From the NCBI GenBank assembly GCA_951406725.2, contig OX597820.1:11470001-11534000 (forward strand): a stretch of 64,000 bases of DNA, read 5' to 3'. A model generated the notes under the pieces. It saw only the letters and a program-made list of their open reading frames with translations, was not told where the DNA came from and made no database searches. Positions within the stretch are counted from its first letter, which is position 1; the number at the start of each line of letters is the position of its first letter. Origin of the DNA: Octopus vulgaris (taxonomy: Eukaryota). Position numbers and translations under genes: made by a program. Positions 56,563 to 64,000 of this stretch are shown piece by piece.

Positions 56563-57845
56563 GACTGCGGCCATGCTGGGATATAACAATGAAGAATTTT
56601 TAGTCGAATGAATCGACCCCAGTGCTTTTTTTCTTCATCCTGGTACTTATTCTATCAGTCTCTATTGCCGAACTGCTAGGTTTAGGAAGAATAAACATAC
56701 CAACGCCGGCTGTCAAGCGGTGATGGAGGACAAACATAGATACACACACACAAACACACACACACACGCTCATGTCCTCACACACACATACATACGACGA
56801 GCTTCTTTCAGTTTCTATATACGAAATCCACTCACAAGGCTTTGGTGGGCCCGGGGCTATAAAAGAAGATACTTGCCCAAGGTGCCACGCAATAGGAGTG
56901 AATCCGTAACCATGTAATTGGGAAGAAAGCTTGTGATATACGACATTATCAGCTTAAATACGAATAGTAACTAAAACGTAACTGGTAGTCCGTCGGTTAC
57001 GAAGACGAGTGTTCTAGTTGATCCATTCAGTGGAACAGCTTGCTCCTGAAATTAACGTATAAGTGGCTGAGTACTCCACAGGCACGTGTACCCTTGGCGT
57101 AGTTCTCAGGGAGATTCAGCGAGACACACAAAGTGACAAGTAAATTTCATTTTTGCCAACTGAGTGGACTGAAGAAACGTGAAATAAAGAGTCTTGTTTA
57201 AGGACACGACATGCTGTCGGGAATCGAACTTATGACCTTACGATCGTGAACAAAATACTCTAACCACTAAGATGAGATTTAAATGTAATTTCTTGGCGAA
57301 CACGATATACCGATTTATAGATAGGCGCAGGAGTGGCTGTGTGGTAAGTAGCTTGCTTACCAACCACATGGTTCTGGGTTCAGTCCCACTGCGTGGCACC
57401 TTGGGCAGGTGTCTTCTACTATAGCCTCGGCCCGACCAAAGCCTTGTGAGTAGATTTGGTAGACGGAAACTGAAAGAAGCCCGTCGTATATATGCATATG
57501 CATGTATATATGTGTGTGTGTTTGTGTGCCTGTGACACCTTGGGTAAGTGTCTTCTACAATAGCCTCGGGCCGACCAATGCCTTGAGAGTGGATTTGGTA
57601 GACGGGAACTGAAAGAAGAACGTCGTATATATATGTATATATATGTGTATGTGTATATGTTTGTGTGTCTGTGTTTGTCCCCCCAACATCACTTGACAAC
57701 CGATGCTCGTGTGTTTTCGTCCCTGTAAAAGTACTAGGCTTCCAAAGAATAAGTCCTGGGGTCGATTTGCTCGACTAAAGGCGGTGCTCCAGCTTGGCAG
57801 CAGTCAAATGACTGAAATAAGTAAAAGAGTAAAAAGAGAGTAAAG
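56563..57845. mobile_element. SINE cluster: B(-) 56563-56932, C(-) 56988-57270, B(+) 57323-57845 with internal duplication
   Basis: family motifs as above. Confidence 0.85.
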
Positions 57846-58729
57846 AGATATGGTTAAACGTAAACTAATTAAAATTTGTAACAAAATTTTAGAGTTAATT
57901 ATTTTTTAATATCAATTACGCAACCAGCATTGCATTACGCCATGACTGTGCTTCCATCATTAAATATTTTAACAGCTTTCACATTAATTCTGACAGCATA
58001 TTTACTTGGTTTTGAATTGTATGTATCGATATCTATGTAAACCTCTTCATCGAGTCTTCTAAGTATTTCGAAAGGCAATTATGTGAAGCAGTGGATAACG
58101 ACATCAACGAAATCATGCAAGCGCGAAAAGCTATTTCATTTTCAAAGGTGTTTACTGGCTCATAAAATAACGGAGAGAATCTCGGGGAAATTTTAATGGA
58201 ATCGTTTGTTCCGGGCTGATATATGTGAAATAATACAGATATATATCTTGCACTTACTGCGCAAGAGTCTCTGTTGAGTTTACACAGAGACGATAACTTC
58301 CTCATACCACGTAATATTTCTGAGCACTGATTATTCCGGTTAGAAGAAATGAAACGGTTTGCATTTTCCAAAATGCTAAACGTCTAAAACTTCGAGTTGC
58401 GAGTTTGAGATTTACTCTTTTAGATCGAAAACAACAAAATATTCCGCTTAAAGAAAACCAAAATGAAGAGTGCAATATAACAACAACATTCATATTACCC
58501 AGCGATTTTGGAGGTGGGGGCATCGATTACATCGACCCCAGTGCTCAACTGGTACTTATTTTATCGCCCCGAAAGTACGAAAAGTACAGTCGAACTCGGC
58601 GGAACTTGAACTCAGAACGTAAAGACGAAATACTGCTAATCGTTCTGTTCGATGTGTTAACGATTCTGACAGCTGGCCGCCTTATATGCACAAGTAATTA
58701 ATGGCAGATAAGACCATGTATTTATAAAT

Positions 58730-59040
58730 ATCACCGTGATCACTGTGACCGACCAGGCTATCAGATGTTGCTACACATCGCTGGTCACAATGCGCTTCGC
58801 ATTGTTTTAGCCTTCAAATGACGCCACCCCGCTGGCTAAGCGAGCAGGCCAACAGAAGAAAGAGTGAGAGAAAGTTGTGGAGAAGGAGTACAGCAGGGAT
58901 CACCACCACCCCCTGCCGGGGCCTCGTAGTGCTTTAGGTGTTTTTCGCTCAATAAACACTCACAACGTTCGGTCTGGGAATCGAAACCGCGATCCTACGA
59001 CCACGAGTCCGCTGCCCTAACCAATGGGCCATTGCGCCTC
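58730..59040 (-). mobile_element. SINE family D with LINE-like tail (homolog at 20830-20920)
   Basis: gaagcgcattgtgaccagcgatgtgtagcaacatctgatagcctggtcggtcacagtgat vs gaagcgcatcgtgaccagtgatgaataacaacatctgatggtcaggttgatactgtgat. Confidence 0.75.
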
Positions 59041-59089
59041 CACATTTATAAATATACGCAGCTTACATACGAACCTACAAACATTTCCC

Positions 59090-61014
<1,925 letters not shown>

Positions 61015-61496
61015 TTCACAGCAAGTTCTTTCAAACATCGTAAACAAAGAAGAATGAAACGAGGCGACTTTTGTGAAATAACGAACACTTTTTTTTTTCT
61101 CTTTTACTTTCAGACAGAAAGAAAGTCTTCTTGGAAGTGTCTAAGTTAGTATTTTGTTTTTTGCACTTTCAAAGACAGAGGTTATTTCCATGACAGACTG
61201 TTGCTGAGATGGTTTCATTAAGTTTGAGGAGGCGCGTGGCCGAGTGGTTAAGGTGTTGCACCTCACTATTGCAAGATTGTGGGTTCCGTTCTCGGGTTGG
61301 CTGTTGCGTTCTGTCCTTGATCATAACTCAGCATAGGTGCGATGTGGCTGCGTAGCAGGCAGCTTGCTTCCCAACCACATGGTTCCGGGGGTTCACAGTC
61401 ACTGCGCGGGAACTTGGACAAGCGTTTTTTAGTGGGAGTGGATGGTATCACATGGGACCAATCAGAGAACCACACAGATCATGGATTACCCATACT

Positions 61497-61767
61497 GGAT
61501 CTTTTCACTTTGACCGGCACATTTTTAAAATAATTTTTTTGTAACTAAACACTTTTAAACTTCGTATACTGGTAGAATGTGTTTATAAAACATCTTTTTC
61601 TCTTGGCTTTCTTGAGAAAATTCTGTAGTTTGTAAGCTATTTGTTCTTTAATTTCTTGCATTTCGGCAATTTCAACCAATCAATGACGTCTATTGAGGCG
61701 AATCCAATTTGTCCGGATCGTCAACAACAATTATTTTAAAAATCTGCCGGTCAAAGCGAAAAGATCC
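61497..61767. mobile_element. MITE with ~40-bp TIRs
   Basis: ggatcttttcactttgaccggcacatttttaaaataatt / aattattttaaaaatctgccggtcaaagcgaaaagatcc. Confidence 0.8.
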
Positions 61768-62684
61768 CCCATATTTCCAAAGACAAGTGCCTTATCTAGG
61801 TGGTGTTCTGCTGTCTGTATGTACAGGTTGAGTGTAGGCTCGTCCATTTGAGTCATACTCGCTATGAGTCACACTCACAGTTTAGTAAATTTATTGGGGA
61901 GCAACACTTACCTCTGACCCCTCATCGTTTTTCTCTAAATGGATCATAATGACAGGTCAGGTATCAGAGTCTTTTGACACTCTGCTGTGCCTATTAAAAT
62001 GAACGATCACAAAGTTCAATATAAGGAAAACATCAACAAGGAAGAGAAAAGGAAAACAGAGGCATGGAATAAGAAAGGAAAAGAGAAACGAATCGAAGAA
62101 GAGAGAAAAAGAGAAGCAAAGAGAAAGAATATCAAAGAAATATATTCAAATGACTCCACAGCATTTGGCAGAAAGATACGCACGGTATCGTTCCGTTTCT
62201 CGTTTCTTTTATCTCGCTTCTTATTCTACTTTGATAAAGAGTTCAGTCGGAAAGCCAGTCTTCTTCTCTTCCTCCCCCCCCCACCTTTTAAGCATACAAT
62301 TCACTGAGCGCAAATTTTCTTGCTTTGTTTGAGTGTGTTTAAATTTTGTCATCACTTTTCAAATTTTTGTCTATCCGTTTCCAACCTCACACGTTATCCG
62401 CCTCATATTTCCCTCGATCTATTTGTGCTAATTCACCACTGAATTCAAGATAAGCATATCAAAGCATATAAGAAGTGAACAGCATTTGATTTTAACAGTT
62501 ATGGACGAGCATCAGTGATAAGCGCAGAGGTGTATGACTGAAGACTATGGAATATATAATATATATTATTATTACAAATCCATTAAAAAGTATACTCATA
62601 CATACTATATATATATATATATATATATATAATAAATATTGAATTTTCTAAATCTCTCGTAGAGACATGTACGGTGGTGGGGCG

Positions 62685-62868
62685 ATAGAATGGTTGTATA
62701 CTGTCAATCTAACAAGAACGTGACAGTAGGGGTCACCACCGCTGGCCTAGGAAACATCGAACGCCTCCTAGCTATCAGGAGGCGTTCGATGCTTCCTAGG
62801 GCTATACAGCGGTGGTGTACCCCCTACTGTCACGTTCTTGTTAGATTGACAGTATACAACCATTCTAT
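62685..62868. mobile_element. Palindromic foldback MITE (~89-bp arms, 7-nt loop, TA ends)
   Basis: tagaatggttgtatactgtcaatctaacaagaacgtgacagtagggg...acgcctcct-agctatc-aggaggcgt...cccctactgtcacgttcttgttagattgacagtatacaaccattcta. Confidence 0.85.
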
Positions 62869-62929
62869 ATATATATATATATATGTACATACATACATAC
62901 ATACATACATACATACATACATACATACA

Positions 62930-62960
<31 letters not shown>

Positions 62961-63281
62961 GTATATATTATCTGTCTCTCCCCTCTTTCTCTTTTTCTCT
63001 CGTTGCTCACGCGTAACCATCGTCCATCTTTCTTTTCCTCACGTCGCCATCTTTCTTTCCTGCACGGACTTCTAAGGACTGAACGTCTCCTATCTCTCTC
63101 TTCTATCTTTTCTCTTTTCAAAGAAAATATTTCTCTCAGCGTTCACTAATTTTCCTCTCGTTCAGGTCTAACGTCCCTCCATGTTTGCTTCCGTTCGGTT
63201 TCCCTGTATGCCTCCACTGTCCTATTTTTGTTCCTAACTTTGAACCTCCATAAATCCAAAATATTATTTCGATATTTATGG

Positions 63282-63357
63282 GAGAAACTGTCTTCCAAGA
63301 TTCATATTGTCGTTGATTGCTCAAATGGGGAGTAGATAGACAGCCGACAACTGATGA
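63282..63357 (+). ncRNA. Candidate non-circularly permuted hammerhead, family X2 (G12 missing)
   Basis: GAGAAA-CTGTCT-tccaaga-TTCAT-A-TTGTCG-ttga-TTGCTC-AA-ATGGG-gagtagat-AGACAG-c-CGACAA-CTGATGA. Confidence 0.5.
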
Positions 63358-63489
63358 ACGGTCATTCTTTGTATTATTTCTCGTTTTTTCTCTCTCGTTA
63401 TTTGCGTATTTAACGCATTTGTTTTCGTATTCCATGTTGTTTACTGTTGGTGATGTCCTGTACCGATATATGCGCTAAGCAGTGTTTAC

Positions 63490-63773
63490 ATATAATCACA
63501 GTTTAGGTTAGTTGAAGTATGTTTGTCACATATTTCAACTGCTAAAGGCAAACACACTGCAGTTAGCGTAGAGAAAAAAATCCCTCTTATGGTAAGAAGG
63601 TGTGTGTCGCTCTCGAGAGAGGGCGACGAGGGCGACACTGAACGAACGGGGTTGTTTTCACACCCTTTTACCATAAGAGAGGATTTTTTCTCCCCGGTAA
63701 CTGCAGTGTATTTGCCTTTAGCAGTTGAAATACGAGATAAACATACTTCAACTAACCTAAACTGGGATTATAT
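63490..63773. mobile_element. Foldback MITE (~115-bp arms)
   Basis: atataatcacagtttaggttagttgaagtatgttt...tcttatggtaa / ttaccataaga...aaacatacttcaactaacctaaactgggattatat. Confidence 0.85.
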
Positions 63774-64000
63774 ATATGTGTGTATGTGTGTGTGGTGTGT
63801 ATACATATGTGTATATATATATATATATATTTAATAATATCAAAGGGTAATCAGAAATATTAGAAATTGCCATTACCAGTGGCCTAGTGTGTAAAAATTT
63901 AGTCAATAGATTATATATTATTTATATAAATGTTTTTATTTTCATTCCCTTCGAAATTTTATCCCTAATAGTGGTTGGGAATTTAACTGTTCTCTCTAGC

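Noticed and set aside
58033-58440. Host exon
   Set aside because: No recognisable domain; the plus-strand frame has several stops and no clear splice context.

Overview
AT-rich, extremely microsatellite-rich eukaryotic non-coding DNA. The SINE set and (TA)n/(CA)n/(CATA)n density resemble an octopus (coleoid cephalopod) genome, but that is an inference. I found no credible host exon: nearly all listed ORFs are translated microsatellites or SINEs. The window holds four tRNA-headed SINE families (labelled A-D here), decayed mariner (DD34D) and maT (DD37D) transposases, RTE, R4/Dong and other LINE remnants, MITEs/foldbacks, a non-autonomous Helitron and a 17-copy ~225-bp satellite built from a SINE 3' half (45.7-49.6 kb). 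The most notable signal is an RNA-structure layer: about 18 hammerhead-ribozyme (HHR) motifs, many decayed, in Penelope-like repeats. These include minimal type-I HHRs, one on a tRNA-headed SINE-like unit. Two sequence-unrelated families carry all HHR core pieces (NUH, C-GAAA, CUGANGA) in a scrambled, non-circularly permuted, pseudoknotted order, supported by compensatory base changes in four to five helices.
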